Part shown: in pieces, positions 20,446 to 30,271 of the stretch
Layout of the letters: every line of letters begins with the position of its first letter
How positions within the stretch are numbered: the first letter of the stretch is position 1
DNA from: Candidatus Omnitrophota bacterium
Lineage (GTDB): Bacteria; Omnitrophota; Omnitrophia; Omnitrophales; Aquincolibacteriaceae
NCBI GenBank assembly: GCA_043803685.1
Contig: JAZDJU010000114.1
Span: forward strand, 1-51,005
Length of the DNA: 51,005 nt
Reading direction: 5' to 3'
The notes under the pieces: model-generated
What the model was told of the DNA's origin: nothing
Databases searched by the model: none
The model's input: only the letters and a program-made list of their open reading frames with translations
Program-made: the position numbers and the translations under genes

Positions 20446-21194
20446 ACGTCCGCCCTCTGAAAAGGCATGAGCAGCTGGATAAAGATCTCCTCGAGGCTCA
20501 GGTCCTGCGCCGGCTTCCCGGGATTCTGGACCTTCTCCGCCAGTTCCCGCTTCGTTCCTTGCGCCACCAGTTTTCCTTCATTGATGATCACGATGCGGTC
20601 CGCCAGAGCCTCGACTTCCTGCAGAATATGCGTGGAGAAAAGGATCGTTTTTTCCTGAGCGAGACTTTTGACGAGCGTCCGGATCGCGATGATCTGGATC
20701 GGATCCAGACCTGAAGTCGGTTCATCCAGGATCAGAACCTTGGGATCGTGGATCAGGGCTTGCGCAAGTCCCACCCTCTGACCATACCCCTTGGAGAGTT
20801 CACACAGAAGATGCTTCCACACAGGCTTGAGATGACAGGCGTGGCTGACCCAGGCAAGCCGTTCCCTAAGCTTGGCTCCCTCCAAGGCTCTCGCCTTGCC
20901 CACAAAGGTCAGATATTCATCGACACGCATATCGCCGTAAAGCGGAACTGTTTCGGGAAGGTAGCCGATATGTTTTCGCACTTCGATAGGATCCTCGAGA
21001 ATATCGAATCCATCGACTTTGGCGGTGCCCGAAGACGGGCAGAGGTAAGTCGTCAGGATCCTCATGGCGGTTGTCTTCCCCGCCCCGTTGGGCCCGAGAA
21101 GTCCGAGGATCTCACCCGGATTCGCCTGGAAAGAAACATTTTCCAGCGCCGTCGCCGGGCCGTAGTGCATGGTAAGAGATTGAACGTCGATCAT
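20442..21194 (-). CDS. ABC transporter ATP-binding protein (GldA-like)
   Basis: GPNGAGKTT, LSKGYGQRVGLA, ILDEPTSGLD, STH. Confidence 0.92.
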   Translation of the reverse strand: MIDVQSLTMHYGPATALENVSFQANPGEILGLLGPNGAGKTTAMRILTTYLCPSSGTAKVDGFDILEDPIEVRKHIGYLPETVPLYGDMRVDEYLTFVGKARALEGAKLRERLAWVSHACHLKPVWKHLLCELSKGYGQRVGLAQALIHDPKVLILDEPTSGLDPIQIIAIRTLVKSLAQEKTILFSTHILQEVEALADRIVIINEGKLVAQGTKRELAEKVQNPGKPAQDLSLEEIFIQLLMPFQRADV

Positions 21195-21204
21195 GGTTTC
21201 CTCT

Positions 21205-21275
21205 GGAAACTGGGCAACGGGAAAAGGTTAACGGGGAACGATCTGCGGTTTGCGTTCCACGTTCCACGTTCCACG
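21205..21275. repeat. Inverted heptamer-array hairpin (AACG/CGTT type)
   Basis: GGGCAAC GGGAAAA GGTTAAC GGGGAAC ... CGTTCCA x3. Confidence 0.8.
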
Positions 21276-21282
21276 GGCATTT

Positions 21283-21969
21283 TTACCGTCTGCGGCCGAA
21301 AATACGCAGAAGGAACAAGAACATATTGATGAAATCGAGATAAAGCATCAAAGCTCCAAAGATCGCCAGTTGTTCCGGCGCTCCCGGCATCCCTCGATGA
21401 ATGGCTTTAAGCTTCTGGGTATCATAAGCCGTAAGGCCGATAAAGACCGCAACGCCGCAATAGGACACGATCCAGTTGAAAGCCGGCGCATGAAAGAACA
21501 TGTTCGCAACGCTGGCAATGATCACACCCCACAACGCCATCCCGCAAAAACTTCCGACCGAGGTCAGATCCTGCTTCGTCACCCAGCCATACACGCTGAC
21601 ACCCGCGAAGGTCATGGCGGTGATGAAAAAAGTCGAGGAGATCGAGGCCGCGGTATAAACGAGAAAAATCCCCGACATCGTAATACCATTCAACACTGAA
21701 TAAGCGAGGAACCCCAGGGTCGCCGCCTGCGCCGAGATCTTCTGGATGCTTGCGGAAAGCCAGATGACCAGAATGAATTCCGCGATAAAAAAAAGCCACA
21801 TGCCTCCCTGAAAAAGAAAACGCAGCATCATGGGATTGCTGAGCGTCACGAACGCCGCGAGCCCCGTCAGGGCAAGGCCCATCGCCATCCACTGATACAC
21901 CCGCTGCATGAAGTTCGAAAAAACGGCGTCCTGGGAATGTAAAAAGGGCTGATCTTTTTGCTCATTCAT
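21283..21969 (-). CDS. Bax inhibitor-1/YccA family membrane protein
   Basis: FMQRVYQWMAMGLALT, GLTAYDTQKLK, ALMLYLDFINMFLFLLRIFG. Confidence 0.93.
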   Translation of the reverse strand: MNEQKDQPFLHSQDAVFSNFMQRVYQWMAMGLALTGLAAFVTLSNPMMLRFLFQGGMWLFFIAEFILVIWLSASIQKISAQAATLGFLAYSVLNGITMSGIFLVYTAASISSTFFITAMTFAGVSVYGWVTKQDLTSVGSFCGMALWGVIIASVANMFFHAPAFNWIVSYCGVAVFIGLTAYDTQKLKAIHRGMPGAPEQLAIFGALMLYLDFINMFLFLLRIFGRRR

Positions 21970-22001
21970 AACAACCTCCCGTTGAATTTTTCGTAAGCGC
22001 T

Positions 22002-22030
22002 ATTCTAACGAAAAACAATCTGTCTCTCAA
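22002..22030 (-). promoter_or_regulatory. Sigma70-type promoter for the BI-1/ABC operon
   Basis: Minus strand TTGAGA-17nt-TAGAAT, then GGGAGG SD before the ATG. Confidence 0.6.
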
Positions 22031-22061
22031 GGGTGACGACCTTGAACAAAAGCCCTCGACC

Positions 22062-22490
22062 TTACCCCTGGCTCTCACTACCGGTTACAGGGCCGCTTGA
22101 AAGAGGCGCCTCCACCGACGAGGCTTGAGGAGCAAAGGATGCAAGAAATTCACGGATCTTCCGGGCGGGACGAGCGACGATCGCCTTCTCCCCTTTTTCG
22201 ACGATCGGCCGTTGAAGAAGGTCGGGGTAGATCGCCAAAAGATCCAGCCATTGCCCCTCGGTGAGTTTTTTTTCGCCAAGACGGAGATCTTGAAAAAGCT
22301 GGTCCTTCTTACGGATCAATTCCTCGACCGGGAGCCCGATTTTCTGGATGATCTCCCTCAGCTTCGCTTTGGGGATCGGATCCGTGAAATAGTCCACCGC
22401 GTCAAAATCCACGTTTGCTTCTTTTAGGATCTGGAAGACCTCTTTACAGGTTGCGCAGGTCGGTTTTTGATAGATCGTGATGTCAGTCAT
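22062..22490 (-). CDS. ArsC/Spx/YffB-family protein
   Basis: ITIYQKPTCATC, PDLLQRPIV, ARP; start at MTDITI. Confidence 0.88.
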   Translation of the reverse strand: MTDITIYQKPTCATCKEVFQILKEANVDFDAVDYFTDPIPKAKLREIIQKIGLPVEELIRKKDQLFQDLRLGEKKLTEGQWLDLLAIYPDLLQRPIVEKGEKAIVARPARKIREFLASFAPQASSVEAPLSSGPVTGSESQG

Positions 22491-22507
22491 AAAACTCCTT
22501 CGGAGCG

Positions 22508-22566
22508 AAAATCGGGCAACGTTGAACGGGAAACGTTCCACTTACCGTTACCCGTTTCCCGGATTT
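22508..22566. repeat. Inverted heptamer-array hairpin (AACG/CGTT type)
   Basis: GGCAACG TTGAACG GGAAACG ... CGTTACC CGTTTCC. Confidence 0.7.
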
Positions 22567-23071
22567 AGATTTTTAGAAAATACAACCCTGCGTAAATTTT
22601 AGGATCGACAAGAAATCCTTTTTTTCCCATTTCGTAAAGCCAAAGATCGACTTCCTTGAGCGGTACTACATGGACCTTGATGGATTCCGTCGCATCCCCG
22701 CCCCCGGCGCCCTTCTTGACAACATCCACCGCTTTATAAAAAGTGATGATCTCGGCACTCAGCCCGCTTGAGACAGGCCCTCCCGCCAAGAACGTCAATT
22801 GTTCCGCCTCATATCCTGTTTCTTCCAGGAGTTCCCGGCGAGCGGCCGCTTCGATCGTTTCTCCGGAATGTGACGCCTTATCATCCACAAGCCCCGCGGG
22901 CCATTCAATGACCTGGGCCTCCACGGGCCTCCGGAACTGTTCGACCAAGATGGCCTTGCCATCCTTTGTGACCGGCACAATGACCACGACGCCGTTGCAA
23001 TTCTTCCGCTTTACGTACTCCCAATCGTCGGCGCGGATCAGATCAAGATATTTCCCTGAATGAAGGATCAT
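22565..23071 (-). CDS. NUDIX hydrolase (ADP-ribose pyrophosphatase-like)
   Basis: VEQFRRPV, EWPAGLVD, EAAARRELLEETGY Nudix box. Confidence 0.9.
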   Translation of the reverse strand: MILHSGKYLDLIRADDWEYVKRKNCNGVVVIVPVTKDGKAILVEQFRRPVEAQVIEWPAGLVDDKASHSGETIEAAARRELLEETGYEAEQLTFLAGGPVSSGLSAEIITFYKAVDVVKKGAGGGDATESIKVHVVPLKEVDLWLYEMGKKGFLVDPKIYAGLYFLKI

Positions 23072-23109
23072 GGGGATTTTCCTAAATTTGAGATTTTAAA
23101 ATTTGAAAT

Positions 23110-24846
23110 TCAAAAACCGGCGGCCTCTCCACTTGCACGAGGGTCATTTTCGCCTTCTATTCTATCAGAACCTTTCTCAAAACAAACCATTTGCGCGACC
23201 CCGATCGCATCTTCTTTTTCAATATCATGCCCTAGAAGCGTAAGCTTCAGGCGAACCGTCTCCTTTTCAAAAAGTCCGGACTCCATATGCAGCGTTCGGT
23301 CCCGGACCAAAAGCCTCGGAGCTTCCATAGCGCCGGAGCAAGACGCCTTAAGATCGATCTTCTGGACGATCACATTCAAGAGCACGGCCGCAGGATCCTC
23401 GGGACCATAGGCGCTCATGAGAACAAAGGGTTTTCCGTCCTTGAATACGAATGTGGGCGCCTCGACCCCACGAGGCCTTTGATCTCCGGAAATAACAGCG
23501 GCCGATTCAGGATCTTTCACAGACAACGGATCCGCGGTGAAATCGGTCAATTGATCGTTTAAAAAGAAACCATAGCCAGGCACCCTGAGCGCCGAGCCGA
23601 ACGCATCCCCTAGCGTCGCGGTAAGAATCGCGATATTCCCCTGAGGGTCCACGACTATGATCGAAGAGCCCGTGCGCTTTCTCCCGCTTTCCGGCCCCTG
23701 GACTTTCATCGCTTCAGACTTCATGACCTCATCTATTTTAAGGGTCTGCGCCCGTTTTTCGGCCCAGGCCCCCGAAAGGAGCGACGGGATCGGAATATCA
23801 AAAAGGTCCGGGTCCGCGACGCCCGCATGGTTCGACAGAGCCGCCTTTTGCACTTCTGCGAGAAGATGATAGGTCTCGGGACCTTCCCCGAAAGCGACGC
23901 TATTCAAAGCCGAGAGAAGATTGAGTTCGCGGATGAGCATCACGCCACCGTCCGCCGGAGGTCCCGCGCTAAACAGGTCATACCCCTGATAGTTGCCGTG
24001 AACGGGCTCCCGCGTCGCGATCGTGTAATTCACAAGGTCTTTAGGGGTCAACAATCCTTCCCGGGCAGGATTCTTTCGAACGACATGGCCGATGGCTTTG
24101 GCGATCGTTCCTTTATAAAAGACATCCGACCCCTTGGATTGGATCAAGCGAAGCGCCTTGGCCAGTTCGGGTTGTGAAAATTCCTGTCCTTCTTTAAGAG
24201 GAGCGCCCTTGTCAAAAAAAACAGGTTGCTTCGGATCCGTAAGAATCAGCCGCGACGCATTCTCGCCGATCGCGCTCGCAAGGGCCGAAGACACCTTCGC
24301 CCCCTTTTCCGCCTGTTGGATCGCCGGATCCATGAGTTTTGCCCATGGAAACTTATGGGTCCCGTACTTGGCGTGAACTTCTTCCATCAATTTCAAGAGG
24401 CCCGGAACGCCCACCGAAAGACCACCTGTATTCCGGTCCGGCTGATAAGGAAGAGGCCTATTGTTCTTATCCAGGAACATTTTTGGGAAAGCCGCCCGGG
24501 GAGCTTTGACGCTCCCGTCCAAAGAGAGAATGCGCCTTGTGCCAATATCATAGAAGAGAAAAAACCCGCTGCCCCCGATCCCCGAGGCTTGCGGTTCAAC
24601 CACGTTCAACATCCATTGCGCCGCCACGGCCGCATCAACCGCGTTCCCGCCCTTTTTTAATACCTCGAGAGCGGCTTGGGTGGCCCGCGGATCCGGACTT
24701 ACGACCATCGCCTTTTCGCCCGTAGCGGCCTGGAGAGAGGAAAGACAAACAGAAGAGAGCAGAGAGATGAGGAAAAATAAAAAGACCGCACGCCGTACTC
24801 CGTACGACGCGCCCGAGAAGATCTTCATGTCGAGAGTGTTCTCCAA
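23110..24846 (-). CDS. Gamma-glutamyltransferase-family protein with degenerate active-site motifs
   Basis: GGNAVDAAVAA, VVEPQASGIGG, VGVPG, QPELAKAL, FYKG, GFFLNDQLTDF; signal peptide; start uncertain. Confidence 0.85.
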   Translation of the reverse strand: MENTLDMKIFSGASYGVRRAVFLFFLISLLSSVCLSSLQAATGEKAMVVSPDPRATQAALEVLKKGGNAVDAAVAAQWMLNVVEPQASGIGGSGFFLFYDIGTRRILSLDGSVKAPRAAFPKMFLDKNNRPLPYQPDRNTGGLSVGVPGLLKLMEEVHAKYGTHKFPWAKLMDPAIQQAEKGAKVSSALASAIGENASRLILTDPKQPVFFDKGAPLKEGQEFSQPELAKALRLIQSKGSDVFYKGTIAKAIGHVVRKNPAREGLLTPKDLVNYTIATREPVHGNYQGYDLFSAGPPADGGVMLIRELNLLSALNSVAFGEGPETYHLLAEVQKAALSNHAGVADPDLFDIPIPSLLSGAWAEKRAQTLKIDEVMKSEAMKVQGPESGRKRTGSSIIVVDPQGNIAILTATLGDAFGSALRVPGYGFFLNDQLTDFTADPLSVKDPESAAVISGDQRPRGVEAPTFVFKDGKPFVLMSAYGPEDPAAVLLNVIVQKIDLKASCSGAMEAPRLLVRDRTLHMESGLFEKETVRLKLTLLGHDIEKEDAIGVAQMVCFEKGSDRIEGENDPRASGEAAGF

Positions 24847-24890
24847 TGGGGACGAACGACTTTCACCCGAATATAAACAAAAGCGAGCAA

Positions 24891-25832
24891 CTACCGGCCA
24901 AGGATCTTTTTCGCGGCCTTGAAGATATGAGGATGGGTGAGACCGTACTTTTCCAAAAGCTCGTCCGACTTGCCGGATTCGGCAAATGTGTCCTGGATGG
25001 CCACAAATCCCATTTTGCAGGGGTGTTTCTTCGCAAGAAAAGTCGCGACAGCGCTGCCGAGGCCGCCCCAGATCTGGTGCTCTTCGGCGACCAGAACATG
25101 GCCGGTTTTCTTCGCTTCTTCCAGAATAAGGTCCGTATCGAGCGGCTTCACAGTGTGCATGTCGATGACACTGGCGCTGATATTTTCATCCGCAAGACGT
25201 TCGGCCGCTTCAAGAGCTTCGAAAACTTCGAGCCCGTTGGCAATGATCGTCAGGTCTTTACCTTCCCGCAACCGGATCCCTTTTCCGAGCTTGAAATCCG
25301 TGCCGGCTTTATGAACGCCCGGCGCCTTCGGCCTGCCGGTGCGCATATAAACGGGCCCGGGATGTTTTGCGACCTCAAAGACCAGCGCCCGCGTTGAGAT
25401 CTCATCACTCGGAACGACCACCACAAAACCCGGAAGACTCGTCATGAGCGCAATATCCTCGATGGCCATCTGCGAAGCGCCGTCTTCCCCGACCGAAATA
25501 CCGCCATGAGATCCGATCACCTTCACATTGAGTTCCGAGAACGCAACGCCCATGCGAAACTGATCAAAACCTTTGCTCACTAAAAACGACGCAAAACTGG
25601 AGATAAAAGGGATCTTCCCGCAGGAAGCAAGACCCGCGGCGACTCCCACCAGGTTCGCTTCCTGGATCCCGACATTAATAAACCGATCCGGAAATTTTTC
25701 GGCAAAGAGCATGGACTTCGTGGCTTTGGAGAGATCCGCATCCAGCACGATCACCTCCGGATGTATCTTGCCGATCTCGACAAGCGTCTCCCCGTAAGCA
25801 TCCCGTGTGGCTTTCCCTAGGACTTTTTGCAT
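24891..25832 (-). CDS. Transketolase, C-terminal (pyrimidine-binding) subunit
   Basis: ATRDAYG, LDADLS, VGIQEAN, GEDGASQ, HTVKPLD, EEHQIWGGLG. Confidence 0.93.
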   Translation of the reverse strand: MQKVLGKATRDAYGETLVEIGKIHPEVIVLDADLSKATKSMLFAEKFPDRFINVGIQEANLVGVAAGLASCGKIPFISSFASFLVSKGFDQFRMGVAFSELNVKVIGSHGGISVGEDGASQMAIEDIALMTSLPGFVVVVPSDEISTRALVFEVAKHPGPVYMRTGRPKAPGVHKAGTDFKLGKGIRLREGKDLTIIANGLEVFEALEAAERLADENISASVIDMHTVKPLDTDLILEEAKKTGHVLVAEEHQIWGGLGSAVATFLAKKHPCKMGFVAIQDTFAESGKSDELLEKYGLTHPHIFKAAKKILGR

Positions 25833-26650
25833 CAGGATAGTTCCTTCAGAGCTTTTTCAACTTCGTCGCGAGTCGGCGCCATGCCATGGAAAGCGTTGTT
25901 CCCTTCCATGAAAGAAACGCCTTTGCCTTTAATCGTGTGCGCAATGATCATGACGGGCTCGCCCTTGACCTTTTTGGCCTTCTCGACGGCGCCCAGGATC
26001 TGCTTCACGTCGTGTCCGTCGATCTCAAACGTGTGCCAGCGAAAGGCTTTCCATTTGTCAACCACCGGCTCCATGTCGCAGATATTTTTCGTGGAATCGT
26101 CCAGCTGGTATTTGTTGTAATCGAGAAACGCGATCAGGTGATCCACCTTATGGTGCGCCGCCATCGCGGCCGCTTCCCAGGTCTGACCCTCGTTCATTTC
26201 CCCATCGCTGGTGATCACGTAAGTATAGTAACTTTTCTTATCCAAACGCCGCGCAAGCGCCATGCCGACCCCCATCGAAAGACCTTGCCCGAGCGATCCC
26301 GTCGAAGCGTCCACGCCTGGAAGCTTGCATTTGTCAGGATGCCCTTGGAGCGGACTGCCGAGTTTTCGGAAATCCGTAAGGGTTTTGGGGTCAAAATATC
26401 CCGATTCGGCGAGGACGGCATAAAGAGCGGGCGAAGCGTGCCCTTTGCTGAGGATCATCCGGTCCCGATCCGCCCATTGCGGATCCTGGGGATTATGGTC
26501 CATGAGGTTGAAGTAGAGGGCCACCAACATTTCGGTGGCGGAAAGAGAACCGCCGGGATGCCCCGAAGCCGCAGCTCCGGTCATCTCAACGATGTGGCGA
26601 CGAACCAGTTTCGCCTTTGACTTTAGTTGTTCTACAGAAAGTTTTTCCAT
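25832..26650 (-). CDS. Transketolase, N-terminal (TPP-binding) subunit
   Basis: SGHPGGSLS, DRMILSKGH, LQGHP, STGSLGQG, SDGEMNEGQTWEA, TIKGKG; start at MEKLSV. Confidence 0.93.
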   Translation of the reverse strand: MEKLSVEQLKSKAKLVRRHIVEMTGAAASGHPGGSLSATEMLVALYFNLMDHNPQDPQWADRDRMILSKGHASPALYAVLAESGYFDPKTLTDFRKLGSPLQGHPDKCKLPGVDASTGSLGQGLSMGVGMALARRLDKKSYYTYVITSDGEMNEGQTWEAAAMAAHHKVDHLIAFLDYNKYQLDDSTKNICDMEPVVDKWKAFRWHTFEIDGHDVKQILGAVEKAKKVKGEPVMIIAHTIKGKGVSFMEGNNAFHGMAPTRDEVEKALKELS

Positions 26651-26740
26651 GGATCTATAAGTGCTTTTGGCTGACTTGTATAGAGGAAAAAGACAGCGAA
26701 GTCTAGCGACTTTCACGAATGACGTCAATGAAATAAAAGC

Positions 26741-26819
26741 CGGGAAACGGGGAATGGAAAACGCCCAATGCGCCTGCCAAAAAAGAAATTGTTTTACGTT
26801 GCCCGTTCGCCGTTTCACG
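26741..26819. repeat. Inverted heptamer-array hairpin (AACG/CGTT type)
   Basis: CGGGAAA CGGGGAA TGGAAAA ... CGTTGCC CGTTCGC CGTTTCA. Confidence 0.7.
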
Positions 26820-26880
26820 AGCAAAGGATTTGATAAAAATCTGTTGTCAGGGATCTTGTTCCCTTTAGAATAATGCCACC

Positions 26881-28008
26881 ATGCCAACCAAGCCGGCTTT
26901 GCTTATCATCGCCTCAAGCGAAAAAGACTCCGACCTCTACTACGCGACAAAATTCACGGCCCCGGATCCGTTCGTCTTTGCCCGCGTTCGCGGAAAAAAT
27001 TATATTCTGATCAATGATCTGGAAATCGACCGCGCTAAAAAACAGGCGCGGAATTGCACCGTCCTTTCGACTTCCGGTCTCGCCGCGAAGTATCAGAAAA
27101 AGCACAAAAAGACGGGCTCCTTCGCGAAGCTTATTGTTTATTTTCTACGAAAGAAAATGGTTAAACGCGTGCTCGTTCCCGGTAGCTTTCCCGTCCGGTA
27201 TTACGAACCCCTGAGACGCGCCGGCCTGTCTATTCACTATCAAAATGGTATTCTTTTTGAAGAACGTCTTTTAAAGAGTCAAACCGAGATCGCGGCGATC
27301 ACGCAAGCGCTCCGGGCCACGGAGAAAGCCGCTGCGAAGGCCATCCGAACTTTGAAAGATTCCGTTATCCGGGGAAACAAACTCTATTTCTCGGGAAAGA
27401 TCCTCACGAGCGAAAAGCTGCGGACCCTCATCCATCAAACACTCCTAGGGGAAGGCTGCGCCGGAGCGCACACGATCGTTTCCTGCGGTCATCACTCGAT
27501 CGACCCTCACGAGCAAGGCTCGGGCCCGCTTTTTGCCCACCAGCCGATCGTGATGGATATTTTCCCGCGCAGTGAGAAAACACTCTATTACGCGGATTTC
27601 ACGCGCACCGTGGTCCGAGGCAAAGCATCGCCCCAACTCAAAAAGATGTACCGCGCGGTCAAGGAAGGGCAAAACATCGCTTTTAAAATGATCCGCCACG
27701 GCGTCGCCGCGAAAAAGGTCCACGAGGCCATTCATGCTCGATTCACGAAACTTGGCTATACCACGGGAGTAAAGGCGGGCCGGATGCAGGGATTCTTTCA
27801 CAGTACAGGTCACGGTCTGGGATTGGAACTGCACGAACCCCCACGGCTCGGTCCCGGCGAAGACATCTTGAAAGCGGGGCAGGTCGTCACCGTCGAACCG
27901 GGGCTTTATTACAAGGGCGTAGGAGGCGTGCGACTTGAGGACGTGATTGTTGTAACGAAAAAAGGCTGTACCAACCTTACGAAATTCCCAAGGGTTTTGG
28001 AGATCTGA
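26881..28008 (+). CDS. Xaa-Pro aminopeptidase/dipeptidase (M24 family)
   Basis: DPH, MDIFP, YYADFTRT, HSTGHGLGLELHE, TVEPGLY, GVRLED. Confidence 0.92.
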   Translation: MPTKPALLIIASSEKDSDLYYATKFTAPDPFVFARVRGKNYILINDLEIDRAKKQARNCTVLSTSGLAAKYQKKHKKTGSFAKLIVYFLRKKMVKRVLVPGSFPVRYYEPLRRAGLSIHYQNGILFEERLLKSQTEIAAITQALRATEKAAAKAIRTLKDSVIRGNKLYFSGKILTSEKLRTLIHQTLLGEGCAGAHTIVSCGHHSIDPHEQGSGPLFAHQPIVMDIFPRSEKTLYYADFTRTVVRGKASPQLKKMYRAVKEGQNIAFKMIRHGVAAKKVHEAIHARFTKLGYTTGVKAGRMQGFFHSTGHGLGLELHEPPRLGPGEDILKAGQVVTVEPGLYYKGVGGVRLEDVIVVTKKGCTNLTKFPRVLEI

Positions 28009-28369
28009 TCTTCCTTTTCTTTCTGGCCGCCACTTTTTTCTTCGGCTTGATCCCCAAGACCAATGCTTCCTTCTTTTTTCGCGATAATTCTTTGACGGCG
28101 CACTCCCGGACCAAGGCTTGAGTGCGGTTTCCGCAAAATTCGTGGTAAAGAAGCTCCACGGGGCGCCGGGCACGCGTATACTTCGAAGCCTTGCCATTCT
28201 GATGCATCTTCAAGCGCCGATCGATGTCTTTGGTGACGCCTGTATAGAAGGACCCGTCGCGACATTTCAGGATATAAAGCTCCCAATCGTCCGGTTCTTT
28301 AACTCCACCACCGAGGGCCGGCTCTTTCGTCTGGAGCGCTTTGAGCATTTTTTTATAGGTGGGATGCAT
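27977..28369 (-). CDS. GIY-YIG nuclease family protein (UPF0213/YhbQ-like)
   Basis: LYILKCRDGSFYTGVT, RRLKMHQNGKASKYTRARRPVEL. Confidence 0.88.
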   Translation of the reverse strand: MHPTYKKMLKALQTKEPALGGGVKEPDDWELYILKCRDGSFYTGVTKDIDRRLKMHQNGKASKYTRARRPVELLYHEFCGNRTQALVRECAVKELSRKKKEALVLGIKPKKKVAARKKRKIRSPKPLGIS

Positions 28370-28380
28370 ATTCTTTCGTT

Positions 28381-28430
28381 CGACGAACCACGGGACACGG
28401 ACCACGTGGCTCGTGGAACGTGTGCGTGGG
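28381..28430. repeat. Inverted heptamer-array hairpin (CCACG type)
   Basis: CGACGAA CCACGGG ACACGGA CCACGTGG CTCGTGG AACGTGT GCGTGGG. Confidence 0.75.
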
Positions 28431-28431
28431 T

Positions 28432-28701
28432 CTATTTTTTGAACTTATGATGATACTTCACGGTCACGAACACCACACCCGTAAAAAAAATGATGTTCAC
28501 CCATCCGAACATCCGGAAGGCCATATCCTGCGACGTAAACGCCGCCGGCGACATCAGAAGGATGCAGATCCATACGCCGAAGACCCAGACAAGGCTAAGA
28601 TCATCCGCGGATTTTCGCTTCACGATACGCACGATGAGCGGAATATTGAAAAGTGGCAGAACACATCCGGCCCACGCACTGATCTGATAGAGGAGCTTCA
28701 T
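28432..28701 (-). CDS. SemiSWEET/PQ-loop-like small 3-TM protein
   Basis: 89 aa, three TM helices, IPLIVRIVKRKSADDLS resembles the PQ-loop consensus PQ..K..K.KS..DIS. Confidence 0.7.
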   Translation of the reverse strand: MKLLYQISAWAGCVLPLFNIPLIVRIVKRKSADDLSLVWVFGVWICILLMSPAAFTSQDMAFRMFGWVNIIFFTGVVFVTVKYHHKFKK

Positions 28702-28709
28702 GACGGATG

Positions 28710-29309
28710 TTACTCCAATTGGTCTTCGAGCTTGGTGACAAGCGCTTCGATCTGCTTCAAGAGATAATCCGGGACAAGGTCCTCCTCCTCAAGCTGGGTC
28801 TTGGACCCGTTTAAAAAACCGATCAAACGCTTGAGGACCGAATTCCTTTTCTGCCCTTTGTGTTCCGCCGTCTCTTTCGGCGCGTGGGTCTCGAGGATCT
28901 TCTTCACGGCCGCGCGAACTTCCTTGCACTCCTTGCCCTCATTGAGGACATCGTTCCGGAGTTCCGCGAACTCGTTGGTGGGGATGTTCTTGTTGTTTTT
29001 CGCGAGCCTCAGAAGATTGACGGCCTCATAATCGGGGATCTTTTTGGGCGTTTCCTCTTCCGTGTAATCCGGCTTCACGATACGAGGCTCTTCTTTTTCA
29101 AGAAAGGAATAAGACTTGAGAAGCTTGGAGGCCGTCGCTTCCCGGATACTCAGCTCTCTCTGGCAGTAGGTCTCGAAAGCCTGGTAACCCCAATCTTTGA
29201 AAAGTTTGTTCTTATAGATGGAGAACAGGTGCTGACCGAGCTGGATCCAGCTCGACTTGTGCTGTTTCGCGATCTCTACGGTTTTCGTGCGTAATTCGTC
29301 GTTAGCCAT
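28710..29309 (-). CDS. Hypothetical helical protein
   Basis: In operon context with normal composition; SWIQLG..WGYQAFETYCQRELSIREATASKL may be HTH-like; start at MANDEL. Confidence 0.7.
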   Translation of the reverse strand: MANDELRTKTVEIAKQHKSSWIQLGQHLFSIYKNKLFKDWGYQAFETYCQRELSIREATASKLLKSYSFLEKEEPRIVKPDYTEEETPKKIPDYEAVNLLRLAKNNKNIPTNEFAELRNDVLNEGKECKEVRAAVKKILETHAPKETAEHKGQKRNSVLKRLIGFLNGSKTQLEEEDLVPDYLLKQIEALVTKLEDQLE

Positions 29310-29323
29310 AAATCCTTTCACGA

Positions 29324-29389
29324 ATGACGGATATGGGATGGCGGATGGCGAAGAACTGGCTCCATCCGCCCTCCGCCATCCTCCATCCA
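29324..29389. repeat. Inverted heptamer-array hairpin (GGATGG/CCATCC type)
   Basis: ATGACGG ATATGGG ATGGCGG ATGGCGA ... CCATCCG CCCTCCG CCATCCT CCATCCA. Confidence 0.8.
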
Positions 29390-29392
29390 AAT

Positions 29393-30271
29393 CTATATGA
29401 ATTCCAATTTAATCTTTTGCGGAACAATGCCAGCCTGGTACGCTTCATTAAGTAATCTTCGGAATCCATCTTCCCCATCTTCGCCGAGATCGACCGTGCG
29501 GTCGTTCACATACATCGCCACGAACCGGTCGTTCAGCTCTTCCGAGATCCCGCGCCCAAATTGGCTCGCGTATTCTAAGGCATCCTTCCGGTGGTTCAAG
29601 GCATATTCGATGCTTTCTTTAAAGAGCCCGGCAAAAGAGTTTATGGTTTCGCGTCCCAGATCCCTGCGAATGATATCGATCCCGAGCGGGAGCGGAAGCT
29701 GCGTCTTTTCGTGCCACCATGCCCCGAGGTCCAGGATCTTTTCCAGTCCGTGCGCGGCATGCGTGATCTGGCCCTCGTGGATGACGAGCCCATAGTCCGC
29801 TTCGCCACTTTTCACCGCGTCGAATACCTTATCGAAGGGAACGAAGATGGCCTCAAAACGGCCCTCCGCAGAACGGGGAACGGGAAACGTTTTGTCTTCC
29901 ATCTTTTGATAAAGCTGAAGGACAAGATAGGCCGTGGTCAACTTCCCAGGGACAGCGATTTTCTGTTTCTTATTCTTGCTTTGGCTCTGAACTCCACGCT
30001 CCACGCTCCGAACTAAAATCGGCCCATACTTATCCCCCACGCTTGCGCCGGAACGCATGACAGCATACCTATCCGCCAGATACGCGTATGCGTGGCACGA
30101 AACCGCCGTGACTTCGAGCTCCCCCTTGAGGGCGCGCTGGTTCAGGGATTCAATATCCTCGATCACATGTTCGACCTTAAAGCCACGCATATCGATCTTC
30201 TCATGAGCAAGCGCATAGAACATGAAGGCATCATCAGGATCGGGGCTGTGTCCTACTCGAATGAGTTTCAT
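29393..30271 (-). CDS. mqnD: MqnD-like protein (futalosine menaquinone pathway; MqnA/MqnD family)
   Basis: GHSPDPDDAFMFYAL, DIESLN, YGPILV, IAVPGKLTTAYL, GLVIHEGQ, LDLGAWW, PLPLG, MYVN. Confidence 0.85.
   Translation of the reverse strand: MKLIRVGHSPDPDDAFMFYALAHEKIDMRGFKVEHVIEDIESLNQRALKGELEVTAVSCHAYAYLADRYAVMRSGASVGDKYGPILVRSVERGVQSQSKNKKQKIAVPGKLTTAYLVLQLYQKMEDKTFPVPRSAEGRFEAIFVPFDKVFDAVKSGEADYGLVIHEGQITHAAHGLEKILDLGAWWHEKTQLPLPLGIDIIRRDLGRETINSFAGLFKESIEYALNHRKDALEYASQFGRGISEELNDRFVAMYVNDRTVDLGEDGEDGFRRLLNEAYQAGIVPQKIKLEFI

Noticed and set aside
17947..21194. Gld-like ABC transporter as the exporter of the giant protein
   Set aside because: It lies 9 kb away in a housekeeping operon, the family is widespread, and no sequence evidence links them
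27977..28369. GIY-YIG nuclease as mobiliser of the repeats
   Set aside because: It looks like the common UPF0213 type, and one adjacent array is expected given array density
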